Shown here: positions 9,164 through 18,495 of the stretch, in pieces
Layout: each line of letters begins with the position of its first letter
How positions within the stretch are numbered: position 1 is the first letter of the stretch
Origin: Actinomycetota bacterium
GTDB lineage: Bacteria > Actinomycetota > Thermoleophilia > BMS3ABIN01
Length of the DNA stretch: 64,000 nt
Assembly: GCA_016235065.1 (NCBI GenBank)
Contig: JACRMB010000010.1
Location: forward strand, 6,281 to 70,280
Reading direction: 5' to 3'
Program-made: the position numbers and the translations under genes
The notes under the pieces: generated by a model
Database searches by the model: none
Told to the model about the DNA's origin: nothing
The model's input: only the letters and a program-made list of their open reading frames with translations

Positions 9164-10138
9164 CTACTTCGCCAGCACTCCCAGCAGCTGCCACAGATCC
9201 AGGTCGAGCTGCTTGGTCTTCGCCGCGACTTCCTCCAGCGGGGTCAGGGCGATGCCGCCGTCGATCCAGCCTGCCAGCCGGCCGCTGCCGCCTCCAGCCA
9301 GGAACTCGACTGCCGCCGCTCCCAGCCGGCTCGCCAGTATCCGGTCGAAACTGGATGGCGCTCCACCGCGCTGTACGTGCCCAAGGATCGTGACCCTAAG
9401 TTCATAGCCGATCTCGTCCTCACGCGACCGGAAATATTCCATGCATCGCTGGGCGTTGTTACGGGCGCCGTCGGTGACGACAGCCAGCGCGTAGCGCTTG
9501 CCACGGGCGTGGGCCGCCGCCAGCTGCTGCTCCACCTCGGCGGGCTCGATATCGAACTCGGGCGTAACGATGACGTCGGCGCCCCCGGCCAGCCCCGCCG
9601 CCAGCGCCAGGTAGCCGCAGCTCTTCCCCATGACCTCGATGAGAAAAGCCCGGTGGTGCGACTCGGCGGTAGTGCGGATGCGGTCGATCGACTGGATTAT
9701 TATGTCGAGCGCCGTGTCGACGCCGATGGTGATGTCCGAGCCGTGGAGATCGTTGTCGACAGTGGAGGCGACCCCGGCCACAGCCAGTCCCATCCTGCCA
9801 AGCTCATGGGCGCCCGCCTGGGAGCCGTTGCCGCCGATGACGATCAGGCCATCGATGTTCTCGCGCCGCAGGTTCTCCACCGCCCGGCCCCTGGCAGCCT
9901 CGCTCTCGCGGAACTCCCGGCTGCGGGCCGTCCCCAGGAAGGTGCCGCCCAGGTGCAATATCTCGCTGACGTCACGGTTCCCCAGGGGGATGACGTCGCC
10001 TTCGATCAGGCCCTCGAAGCCGTTGCGGACCCCGAACATCTCCATGCCGATGTCGGTGCCCACCCGCACGATAGCCCGGACCGCCGCGTTCATCCCCGGC
10101 GCGTCGCCGCCACTGGTGACGACTGCTATGCGTTTCAT
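9164..10138 (-). CDS. pfkA: ATP-dependent 6-phosphofructokinase
   Basis: TSGGDAPGMN, GGNGS (Gly at the ATP-type position), TVDND, EVMG and LGHVQRGG. Confidence 0.92.
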   Translation of the reverse strand: MKRIAVVTSGGDAPGMNAAVRAIVRVGTDIGMEMFGVRNGFEGLIEGDVIPLGNRDVSEILHLGGTFLGTARSREFRESEAARGRAVENLRRENIDGLIVIGGNGSQAGAHELGRMGLAVAGVASTVDNDLHGSDITIGVDTALDIIIQSIDRIRTTAESHHRAFLIEVMGKSCGYLALAAGLAGGADVIVTPEFDIEPAEVEQQLAAAHARGKRYALAVVTDGARNNAQRCMEYFRSREDEIGYELRVTILGHVQRGGAPSSFDRILASRLGAAAVEFLAGGGSGRLAGWIDGGIALTPLEEVAAKTKQLDLDLWQLLGVLAK

Positions 10139-10186
10139 GAAAGGACCTCCAGGCTTACTGGCACGGACAGCCGGCGATCCGCCGGC

Positions 10187-10828
10187 CTAAAAACCATAAC
10201 TCGGCAGGAAGAGCTGGTAGATCGGCCGGATGACCGACGACAGCATATTGGTATTGAGCATCACGAGCAGCAGGAGCATAACGAACATCATCCCGTAGCG
10301 GTCGAGCTGCACCCATTTGATGTATGACTTCGGCGGCAGCAGCGCGCCGACGATGCGCGAGCCGTCAAGCGGCGGCACCGGGATCAGGTTGAACACCATA
10401 AGGATGACGTTCAGCTGGAAGATGCGGAAGATTGAGATCGGGATAAGCCCTTCCACCAGATCGGGATCCGGATAAAAGACGTTCAGCGCCAACGCCGCCA
10501 GCGCCGCCAGCAGCAGGTTGGCCGCGGGGCCGGCCATGCCGACCCACATCATCCCGTACTGATGCGACTTGAAGTATCCAGGATTGACCGGCACCGGCTT
10601 GGCCCAGCCGAAAAGCATGGCGCCATTCGAGAACAGGAATGTCACCGCCAGCATCAGTGTCCCCAGCGGATCGAGGTGCTGCAGGGGGTTGAGCGAGAGA
10701 CGCTTGAGGTTCTTCGCGGTCCTGTCGCCCAGCCGGTAGGCCATGTAGCCGTGCGATACCTCATGGAAGGTCATGGAAAAAAGCAGCACCGGCGCCGTGA
10801 CCGCCAGCTGCAAAAGCAGTTCACTCAT
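10187..10828 (-). CDS. Site-2 protease (M50 family)
   Basis: HEVSHG, AGPAAN and FNLIPVPPLDG. Confidence 0.93.
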   Translation of the reverse strand: MSELLLQLAVTAPVLLFSMTFHEVSHGYMAYRLGDRTAKNLKRLSLNPLQHLDPLGTLMLAVTFLFSNGAMLFGWAKPVPVNPGYFKSHQYGMMWVGMAGPAANLLLAALAALALNVFYPDPDLVEGLIPISIFRIFQLNVILMVFNLIPVPPLDGSRIVGALLPPKSYIKWVQLDRYGMMFVMLLLLVMLNTNMLSSVIRPIYQLFLPSYGF

Positions 10829-10896
10829 TCTTGTTCCCTCTCGCTACTTCGATTAATTCCCGGAACCGGCCTGCCCCGCGGGCTCGCCGCTCCCGG

Positions 10897-10948
10897 CTGA
10901 ATTCCTGTTCATCCGCCTGATTCTGAATTCCTGTTCATCCGCCTGATT
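10897..10948. repeat. Perfect 26-bp tandem duplication at the 3' end of the nucleotidyltransferase gene
   Basis: CTGAATTCCTGTTCATCCGCCTGATT at 10897-10922 and 10923-10948. Confidence 0.92.
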
Positions 10949-13581
10949 ATCTGTTCCGCCGCGCGCATCTCAGAGTCCCTGCCATCCACCTTGCCCTCGA
11001 GCTTGAGCAGCTTCACCTGGGTGAGGACCTCCCCCACCTCCGGCGATTCCTTGAGGCCCAGCTCCAGCAGATCCTTGCCGCTGATGCCTAGTGAAGTATA
11101 GCGGAGCTCCCTGAGAAATAGTTCGATGGCATCGCGGGCGCTGCCCTCGCCGGCCTCGGCCCAGGCAAGCAGCAGGCCTTCAGCAGGCAGTCTCGCCAGC
11201 AGGTCATAAAGGTCAGGCCTGCTCATCTCGGAGCCCGCCATCCGCTCCAGCACCCTGCGGGCGAGGACGACGCCGCCGGCAATCACCGTGGCGTCGGAGT
11301 TGCGCAATTTCAGCCGCTCGGTCCAGCTGGCAAGCTGCTCCGGATCCAGCCGGCGGGCCATGCAGACCAGCCGCAGCCGCCAGAGACGGATCTCCTCGCG
11401 CATCCTCAACTCTTTGACAGCGCGGTCCGCCTGTGTTACCAGCTCAGCCGTCTCCGCGTCAGCCGCCAGCGACGGATGGATCGAGGGCGCGATGCCCAGC
11501 TCGCCGATCCGCTGGATCGAATGGCCGACCTCGGGCTCGGACAGCAGCCAGATCAGCTCATCGCGCAACCTGGCTGAGGAAAGGTCGCCGACCAGGTTCA
11601 TCTCGACGCAACCACGCGCCAGACCCAAAGTATGCGAGTTCATCCGGAAGCCCAGCCGGTTCTCGTAGCGGATAGCCCGGAAGATCCGGGTCGGGTCTTC
11701 GATAAAACTCAGGTTGTGCAGCACCCGGATGACCTTGTTCTCGATGTCGCGCAGGCCCCCGAAGAAATCGAGCAGCCGCCCGAAGTCATGGGCCGTCAGC
11801 GACACCGCCATGGCGTTGATAGTGAAATCGCGCCGGTAAAGATCGTGTTTGATGGAAGAATGTTCAACCGTAGGCAACGCCGCCGGGTAATCGTAGAATT
11901 CTGTGCGGGTCGTTGCCACATCCACCCGCAGCTCGGGCTGCACCTGGTCGAGCACCACCACGGCCGTATTGAATTTCTGATGTGCCCTGACGCGGCCACC
12001 CAGCGCCTTCGCCAGGTGCTCCGCGAAATCGATCCCGTCGCCCTCCACAGCTATGTCGATATCGTAATTGGGCTGGTCGAGGATCATGTCGCGGACGAAG
12101 CCGCCAACCAGATAAACACCGCGATAATCGGTACTGAGTTTCTGTACCGCTTCGAAAACCGGGGCGATGCTCGGGAGCGCCGCCAGCCGGTCGCGGAAGT
12201 CGGCCTCACGCAGGACTGTCTCGCCGATCCCCTCCTCGACCTCGCTGCTGTGCAAAGTCCTCAGCACATCGGAGCGCGTGACGATCCCCGTCACCTGGTC
12301 GACCGGCACCTCCCGCCGTCCCTCCAGGCCCGACTGCACCACCGGCAGGCGGCCGACGGCACTCTCGGCCATCAGGCGCCGCAGCTCGTGCACGGTCGTG
12401 TTTTCCGAGACGGTCCTGACACCGCGTGACATTATGCCCTTCACTGGCGCGTGCTTCAGCTTATGGCCTACCGCCTTGTCCAGGTCCTTGCGCGAGACGA
12501 TGCCCACAAGCATTTCCTTATCCCTGACACAGACGCCGCTGTGGCCGTAGCGCTGGCAGATCAGCAGCGCCTCGCCTATGGTCGTATGAGCCTCGACGAA
12601 ATAGACCGGATGAGACATGATATCTCGCGCTCGCAGGGGCTCCTCGAGCACGCCAGGCAGGCTTTCGACCAGCAGCTGATGCGTCTCTTCAAGGCTCCTG
12701 CCTTTGACCATGGCCGATGACGCCTGGCTGTGTCCGCCGCCGCCAAGCGGCGCCAGCGCCTTCGCCACATCCAGCAGCCGGCTCTTGCTGCGGCCGACTA
12801 CGAAGATCCGGTCCTCCATCTCCACCATGATTATCAAGGCCTGGCAGTCGGTGACGTCCATCATCTTATGGGCGACAACACTGAGGCCTTCAACATAACG
12901 GGGGCTTTGGAAAGAGGCGATAAACACTTCCACATCGCCGATGGTCGTCTGCTCCAGCTCGTCGATCAGCTGCAGCATCAGCTCCCGCTGCTCGTCGCTC
13001 AATGGATTATGGAGATACTTGCCGATCAGGCCCTGGCTTGCCCCCAGCCGCATGCACAGCGCGAGCGCCTCGGCGTCCCTCGGGGTGGTCGTGGGGAAGG
13101 TCAGCGATCCGGTATCCTCGTGGATGCCCAGGGCGAAGATGGTCGCCTCCAGCGGCGAGACCTCCAGGTGGCGGTCATGGATTATCTTCAGCATGGTCGT
13201 GACCAGCGAACCGTCACGGGAGAGCACATAGTTCTCGTCGGCGACAAAGACCGGTTTCTGGGAAAGGGAGCCCAGCCGGTGGTGGTCGAAGACGATCACC
13301 TCGACCTCTGGCGATGGACATATAGGCTCGAACTCGCCCAGGCGGCCGCAATGGATGGTATCGACGATGATCAGCCGCCGCACCTTGCCGAAATCGACCA
13401 TGGAGACGTCGACCGTGTCGATCTCGTCAGCATGGAGGTTATAGAACTCGCGGACATTGCGGTTCAGCGAGCCGGGGAAACAGATCTTGGCCTCGGGATA
13501 CAGCTTCGCGGCCGCCACCGAGGCGGCAAAGCCGTCGAAGTCGGTATTGGCGTGCGTGACTATGACTTCCGGGATATTCAT
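10909..13581 (-). CDS. DHH-DHHA1-CBS-fused tRNA nucleotidyltransferase (CCA/A-adding type)
   Basis: THANTDFD, FDHH, GGGH, a CBS pair, VGGFVRD, DIDI, RRDFTINAM and EDPTRIFRAIR. Confidence 0.92.
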   Translation of the reverse strand: MNIPEVIVTHANTDFDGFAASVAAAKLYPEAKICFPGSLNRNVREFYNLHADEIDTVDVSMVDFGKVRRLIIVDTIHCGRLGEFEPICPSPEVEVIVFDHHRLGSLSQKPVFVADENYVLSRDGSLVTTMLKIIHDRHLEVSPLEATIFALGIHEDTGSLTFPTTTPRDAEALALCMRLGASQGLIGKYLHNPLSDEQRELMLQLIDELEQTTIGDVEVFIASFQSPRYVEGLSVVAHKMMDVTDCQALIIMVEMEDRIFVVGRSKSRLLDVAKALAPLGGGGHSQASSAMVKGRSLEETHQLLVESLPGVLEEPLRARDIMSHPVYFVEAHTTIGEALLICQRYGHSGVCVRDKEMLVGIVSRKDLDKAVGHKLKHAPVKGIMSRGVRTVSENTTVHELRRLMAESAVGRLPVVQSGLEGRREVPVDQVTGIVTRSDVLRTLHSSEVEEGIGETVLREADFRDRLAALPSIAPVFEAVQKLSTDYRGVYLVGGFVRDMILDQPNYDIDIAVEGDGIDFAEHLAKALGGRVRAHQKFNTAVVVLDQVQPELRVDVATTRTEFYDYPAALPTVEHSSIKHDLYRRDFTINAMAVSLTAHDFGRLLDFFGGLRDIENKVIRVLHNLSFIEDPTRIFRAIRYENRLGFRMNSHTLGLARGCVEMNLVGDLSSARLRDELIWLLSEPEVGHSIQRIGELGIAPSIHPSLAADAETAELVTQADRAVKELRMREEIRLWRLRLVCMARRLDPEQLASWTERLKLRNSDATVIAGGVVLARRVLERMAGSEMSRPDLYDLLARLPAEGLLLAWAEAGEGSARDAIELFLRELRYTSLGISGKDLLELGLKESPEVGEVLTQVKLLKLEGKVDGRDSEMRAAEQIIRRMNRNSESGG

Positions 13582-13692
13582 AAAACCTCGGGGGAAGTTG
13601 CCGGACTTTAGGAACTACCGCTCTAATTACCCATCCGCGGTCAAAATGTCACGGATTTAGTTCCTGAGGTTCAGCAACGTCCCCCGGATTAT

Positions 13693-14739
13693 TTACGCGA
13701 AGAACGTCTGCGCCAGGTCCCAGAACTCCTGCCTAACGACCTTGCGCTCGCCCACCGCGACCTCGAGCGGTACGGCCACTATCGCGTCGCCCTGCAGCGC
13801 AGCCATAAGGCCGAACTCCTCAGCCTGCACCATTTCGGCGGCCTTTGCCCCGTAGCGGGTCGCCAGGATGCGGTCGTGAGCAGTCGGAGTGCCGCCGCGC
13901 TGGATATGCCCCAGAACGGTCGCCCGGGTCTCGAAACCGGTTCGGCGCTCGATCTCCTTGGCCAGCAGGTTGGCGACGCCTCCCAGCTTGACGTTGCCGA
14001 ACGCGTCGACCTCGTCGGACTGGGTGACCATCTGCTCCTCGCCTTCCTTGGTGACCAGCTTCGCGCCTTCGCTGACAGCGACGATGCTGAAGTTCTTGCT
14101 GCCCGACTGGCGGCGGCGGATGATATCGCAGGCCTCCTCGACGGAGACATCATATTCAGGGATTAGGATGACATCGGCGCCGCCGGCGATACCGGCCATG
14201 ATCGTTATCCAGCCGGTGTGCCGGCCCATGATCTCCACGACGATGACGCGGTCGTGGGATTCCGCGGTCGTGTGCAGCCGGTCGATGTTCTCGGTCGCGA
14301 TCTGCACGGCGGTGTCGAAGCCGAAAGTGTAGTCGGTCCCGGAAAGGTCGTTGTCGATCGTCTTGGGCACGCCCACCATGTTGAGCGCGTATTTGCCATG
14401 GAGCTGGTTGGCCACGCCCAGGGTGTCGTCGCCGCCGATGGCGATGGTCGCCCAGATCTCATTCTGCCGCAGGTTGTCGACCAGCAGCTCGACGCCGCCT
14501 TCGGTCTTCATGGGATTGGTACGGGAGGTCCCCAGGATGGTGCCGCCGCGATGCAGGATACCTGAGATAGTATTTATGTCAAGAGTCATGTAATCGTTCT
14601 CGAGCAGGCCCCGCCAGCCGCCGTGGACGCCGACCATCTCGTAGCCGGCCCGGGTGAGCTTGAGGGTGGCCGCGCGGATGACCGCGTTGAGTCCAGGGCA
14701 GTCGCCGCCGCCGGTAAGGATCGCAACCTTCTTCGCCAT
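13693..14739 (-). CDS. Phosphofructokinase, group III, probably PPi-dependent
   Basis: TGGGDCPGLN, GGDDT and PKTIDND (Asp/Lys signature associated with PPi use). Start moved to ATG 14739. Confidence 0.88.
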   Translation of the reverse strand: MAKKVAILTGGGDCPGLNAVIRAATLKLTRAGYEMVGVHGGWRGLLENDYMTLDINTISGILHRGGTILGTSRTNPMKTEGGVELLVDNLRQNEIWATIAIGGDDTLGVANQLHGKYALNMVGVPKTIDNDLSGTDYTFGFDTAVQIATENIDRLHTTAESHDRVIVVEIMGRHTGWITIMAGIAGGADVILIPEYDVSVEEACDIIRRRQSGSKNFSIVAVSEGAKLVTKEGEEQMVTQSDEVDAFGNVKLGGVANLLAKEIERRTGFETRATVLGHIQRGGTPTAHDRILATRYGAKAAEMVQAEEFGLMAALQGDAIVAVPLEVAVGERKVVRQEFWDLAQTFFA

Positions 14740-14964
14740 CAGAAAACCTCCATTTTGCCGTGGGTTGATCTGCATGAGGTCAGGCCCCGCGGCGCGATGG
14801 CACCAGCCAACGGCGAGACGGAACCAACCAGTAATTGACAAGGGGAATAATATCTTGTGCGCGGAAGGAACGAAACCCGGGATCCTGATCGGGCGGCGAT
14901 CACCGGAACCGGTATATGGACAACCGGGTCCTGCCGGCATGGCCGACCGGATACTGCGGGAAGG

Positions 14965-15153
14965 CTAGCAGAGGGTTAGTTGCTCCGTGGTCATGTCGTT
15001 ACGCGCGGCGATCACTGCCCTGTCGAAAGTCTTCAGACAGTTGCTGCAGATAAAACCATTCCGTTTTTCTGACCAGGAAACGGTGGCCTTTTTATGGCAG
15101 CAATGACATGGGAAGCTGGCCGAGCTGTGTGTTTTTTCAAGTGAGTCGGTCAT
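14965..15153 (-). CDS. Small putative zinc-ribbon protein
   Basis: CHCC...CSNC pairs about 20 aa apart. TATAAT lies just upstream of the start. Confidence 0.5.
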   Translation of the reverse strand: MTDSLEKTHSSASFPCHCCHKKATVSWSEKRNGFICSNCLKTFDRAVIAARNDMTTEQLTLC

Positions 15154-15366
15154 GGCGATCATTATACATATTCCCCGGCGAGCCAGGCTTACCTGCGGAA
15201 TGGGGGCGGGTATCGAGACCCGGTCCTGCTAAAAACCCGCTACACCAGCGTAATCCGGTAGCCCGCAAATCTCATTGCACAAAAATCCGAGCATAATAGT
15301 CAGGTTTTATAAGCAAACCTGATAGCATCTGCCACACTCTCGCATAACCCGCATGGCTTCCATCTA

Positions 15367-15394
15367 TTGAAATGTATGCATATGTGCGTACAAT
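15367..15394 (+). promoter_or_regulatory. Sigma70-type promoter
   Basis: TTGAAA-N16-TACAAT upstream of the structured RNA candidate. Confidence 0.6.
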
Positions 15395-15400
15395 GGTTGT

Positions 15401-15633
15401 ATTAGCCTCACTGAAGGGTAAAGCTCACCTTCCTTGAGGACGATTCATTTTATGAAGCAGCAAACAGCCGAGAGCTGTTTCTGCTTCGTGATTTGCTCGC
15501 GCGGGTAAGAGAGACCAGCGCAGAACGACAGCCATGTGCCGTAAAATGTCTTCGTCTGTGAATCCCGCCCTCCACAGGTGGACGTGCGAGCAAGTATTTC
15601 AAGAGCCGCCCGCAAGGGCGGCTCTTTTCTTTT
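15401..15633 (+). ncRNA. Unassigned structured RNA candidate (about 230 nt)
   Basis: Bounded by a promoter and a terminator. It has consecutive stems 15406-15439, 15450-15491 and 15491-15595, no downstream gene on this strand and no long ORF. Confidence 0.6.
15601..15633 (+). terminator. Intrinsic terminator
   Basis: AAGAGCCGCCC-GCAA-GGGCGGCTCTT followed by TTCTTTTT. Confidence 0.85.
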
Positions 15634-15849
15634 TGGACTGCAGATAACGCCATATTCAATTCCATCAAAAGCTAGGCAAAGCCGTAGCTGTGTTGATTAC
15701 AAACAATACGCGAGACAGGCTGATTGACAAACACCTTTCTGCCCGCCGCCACGGATCCGTCAATACTGGAAAAAAAAGAACCGCCTCCTGGGCAGTTCTT
15801 TTAAGACACATCAATATTTAGATCAGGGGCAGCCGAGGGCTGCCAGGTC

Positions 15850-16029
15850 TTACTCCTCGAAGGCTATGACCTCACGGCCCTTATAAGTACCGCAGACCGG
15901 GCAGACCCGGTGCGGCTGCTTGGGGCTATGGCACTGGGGGCACGTGTTGATCGTCGGGGCGGTCAGACTGTCGTGCGCCCGGCGCTGGTCCCGCCTAGCT
16001 TTGGAAGTTTTTCTCTTGGGTACGGCCAT
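15850..16029 (-). CDS. rpmF: 50S ribosomal protein L32 (Zn-binding type, 59 aa)
   Basis: Hand translation [19 protein letters not shown]...CPQC...[16 protein letters not shown]. Below the ORF-track length cutoff. Confidence 0.96.
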   Translation of the reverse strand: MAVPKRKTSKARRDQRRAHDSLTAPTINTCPQCHSPKQPHRVCPVCGTYKGREVIAFEE

Positions 16030-16099
16030 TTGTGGTTACCTCTTTCTATTTACCAAGGATGTAGAATAGCGGAACCAGCCTGTAAAGTAAAACCAAAAG

Positions 16100-16648
16100 C
16101 TACTCCGGCTTCCAGTCCCTCAGCTTCTCCCACCTGAAATCCGCGGGCGGCTCGCAGCCGCATTCCACCAGGTTGCGGTTGCCGCCACAGTGCGGGCAAA
16201 GCCCCTTGCAGGCGAGTTCGCAAAGGATCTTCGGCGGCAGCAGCTCCGCGACCGCGTCATGAGCCCAGTGGGAAAGGTTGAGCACTCCGTCTTCCTTGTA
16301 CCAGAGGGTCGGTTCGTCCTCTTCGCCCATCTCCTCGATAGGCGGCAGCTCGGCCTCGAAGAAGTCCTCGACAGTCACATCCAGATCGAGGTCTGCCGGC
16401 TCCAGGCAGCGCCAGCAGGCGCCATCGAGCCGGCAGGTAAACGACATCTTCACGTTATAGCCCCGGCCGACGTCGATCACCTTGATGACCGCCGGCACGA
16501 CATCAGGGACAAATCCATAGTCCTGCCCCGCCAGATGCAGCGGCGGCAGCCTTACATCCATCTCGAAGATCAGAGGATCGCCCGGTTCGAGGGGAAGCGA
16601 GGAAAGATCAAGGGTGGTCAGGGTATTGTCAGTCAAGGGAAACTCCAT
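16100..16648 (-). CDS. yceD: DUF177/YceD family protein
   Basis: CWRCL and LCELACKGLCPHCG...D.RWEKL, directly upstream of rpmF. Confidence 0.9.
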   Translation of the reverse strand: MEFPLTDNTLTTLDLSSLPLEPGDPLIFEMDVRLPPLHLAGQDYGFVPDVVPAVIKVIDVGRGYNVKMSFTCRLDGACWRCLEPADLDLDVTVEDFFEAELPPIEEMGEEDEPTLWYKEDGVLNLSHWAHDAVAELLPPKILCELACKGLCPHCGGNRNLVECGCEPPADFRWEKLRDWKPE

Positions 16649-16753
16649 TGGATACCGGCCGGAGCCAGTCGGGATTACGGGGTCGAATCGAACAGGCGCT
16701 CATATCGGTCCGCAGCCGGAATCCTCCGGCCTGCGGGCACCGCTCTTGAACCT

Positions 16754-17278
16754 TCAGTCTTCGGTGCGGATCTCCTCAGCGCCCTCTTCCAGCTCACTCT
16801 TGCCCTGCAGCCGCTCGCGGCCTCGCTGTACCGCCGCCAGGAACTTGCCCAGGTTCGTCTCCAGCGTCTCCAGCACCTCGTCGGCGTAATCCTCGGCGCC
16901 CAGGCGGATCTCCCGCTCGCGGGCACGCGCGTCTTCCATGATCGAGGCGGCGTTACGCTCGGCCATCTTGACGACTTCCTGCTCGGATACCAGCCGTTCG
17001 GCCTGGTCATTGGCTTCCTTGATGATGCGGTCGCTCTCGGTCTTGGCCTCGGCGAGCATCTCCTGGCGCTCCTTGACGATCCAGCGCGCCTGCTTGATCT
17101 CTTCGGGGATCGTGGTCCGCATCTGGTCGAGGATGTCGTAGATCTCCTCACGATCGATCATGACCTTGTCGGTCATCGGCATCGGCCGGGCGTTGTTCAC
17201 TATCTCATCTAGTTTGTCTATCAGTACCAGTACGTCCACTTTTGCCTCCAGTGTTCCTGGTTTTTCGTTGTCGGTCAC
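16754..17278 (-). CDS. DivIVA-like coiled-coil protein (SepIVA-like)
   Basis: LIDKLDEIV...PEEIKQARWIVKERQ...GAEDYADEVL, in the conserved coaD-X-yceD context. Confidence 0.8.
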   Translation of the reverse strand: MTDNEKPGTLEAKVDVLVLIDKLDEIVNNARPMPMTDKVMIDREEIYDILDQMRTTIPEEIKQARWIVKERQEMLAEAKTESDRIIKEANDQAERLVSEQEVVKMAERNAASIMEDARAREREIRLGAEDYADEVLETLETNLGKFLAAVQRGRERLQGKSELEEGAEEIRTED

Positions 17279-17317
17279 CTGCGGCGCCGCTCCGCGCCTG
17301 CCGGCGCACCCGGGCGC

Positions 17318-17815
17318 TTACTTCAATAACTCGGCAAAGCGCCTGGCCACTACCGCGGGTACCAGGTCATCCACCTTGCCGCCGAATCTTGCCACTTCTT
17401 TTACGCCGCTGGAACTCAAAAAGCTGTACTCCGGCGACGCCATCAAGTAAACAGTTTCTAGGTCCGGGGCCAGTTTCCTGTTCAGCTGCGCCATCTGGAA
17501 CTCGTACTCGAAGTCACTGATGGCCCTGAGCCCCTTCACGAGCGCCTTGGCGCCATACTTGTGGGCAAAATCCACAAGCAGTGTATCAAAAAGCACGACC
17601 TCGATATTACCCGCTTGCCCGGAAAGCGAATCTTCGAGGAAGGAAACCCGCTCCTCGGCGCTGAACATCGTGTCCTTGCGGGGCGATGAAGCCACCACAC
17701 CCACGATCACGCGCTCGAACAGCTCCGAAGCCCTCCTGATGATATCAAGGTGCCCTTCAGTGACCGGGTCGTAGGTCCCGGGGCAGACAGCGGTGGTGTT
17801 GGTGTGATCAGTCAT
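17318..17815 (-). CDS. coaD: Phosphopantetheine adenylyltransferase
   Basis: PGTYDPVTEGH, GLRAISDFEYE and SSSGVKE. Confidence 0.97.
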   Translation of the reverse strand: MTDHTNTTAVCPGTYDPVTEGHLDIIRRASELFERVIVGVVASSPRKDTMFSAEERVSFLEDSLSGQAGNIEVVLFDTLLVDFAHKYGAKALVKGLRAISDFEYEFQMAQLNRKLAPDLETVYLMASPEYSFLSSSGVKEVARFGGKVDDLVPAVVARRFAELLK

Positions 17816-17873
17816 CCTTATTCAGGTGGAACTCTATCAAATCTTACATTAACAGGGATTATCTGACGGAGGA

Positions 17874-18419
17874 TCAAAGCAGCTCATCCGAGACAAAGAT
17901 GCGAATCCGCGTATCGCCGTATTTTTTATCGGTGACAAGTTCCAGCGGCAGGGAAACGTCTTCACGGGAATCACTCTCGACTACCACCCTCCCCCCGGGC
18001 GCCAGAATCCGCGGTAGCCATCGGCTGAGTTCCGGCTTGATAACGCGGTGCATTCTATAGGGGGGGTCTACGAAAATCAAATCATAACGCTCGCCCTTTT
18101 TGGCTGCTTGCTTGAGGATTAACAGGTAATCGCGGCGAACCGCGCGTACGCCCTCCAGCCTGAGTTTCGCCATGTTTTTATGGATAGCCGCCGCCGCGGC
18201 GACACCGCTGTCGGCCAACAGAGCCGCCGCCGCGCCGCGGCTCACCGCCTCCAGCCCCAGCGCCCCGCTGCCGGCAAAGAGATCCAGCACTTCGAGGCCG
18301 CTGACATCGCCGAGCATATTGAATATCGCCCCGCGGACCTTGTCCGCCGTCGGCCGGGTATGGCTGCCTTTCGGAGCCGCTATGATCGTGCCTTTGCATT
18401 TACCGGCGATTATCCGCAT
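17874..18419 (-). CDS. rsmD: 16S rRNA m2G966 methyltransferase
   Basis: MRIIAG, RPTADKVR, LDLFAGSGALGLEA and DPPY. Confidence 0.95.
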   Translation of the reverse strand: MRIIAGKCKGTIIAAPKGSHTRPTADKVRGAIFNMLGDVSGLEVLDLFAGSGALGLEAVSRGAAAALLADSGVAAAAAIHKNMAKLRLEGVRAVRRDYLLILKQAAKKGERYDLIFVDPPYRMHRVIKPELSRWLPRILAPGGRVVVESDSREDVSLPLELVTDKKYGDTRIRIFVSDELL

Positions 18420-18495
18420 GACCCCTGGGGGACGTTGATAGAATCGAGGAACCCGCGTTTCCTCCCTAATGCAATCTCCGGACGATTCACCGCTC

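Noticed and set aside
9095-10327. Long antisense ORFs (for example 9095..10327, 7471..8523, 45356..46618, 41128..42156)
   Set aside because: These are shadow frames of well-supported genes, as expected in high-GC DNA.
15401-15633. Assignment as T-box, cobalamin/c-di-GMP/SAM/glycine riboswitch, SRP, tmRNA or raiA RNA
   Set aside because: The consensus motifs I recall are absent and there is no downstream gene. It is kept as unassigned.
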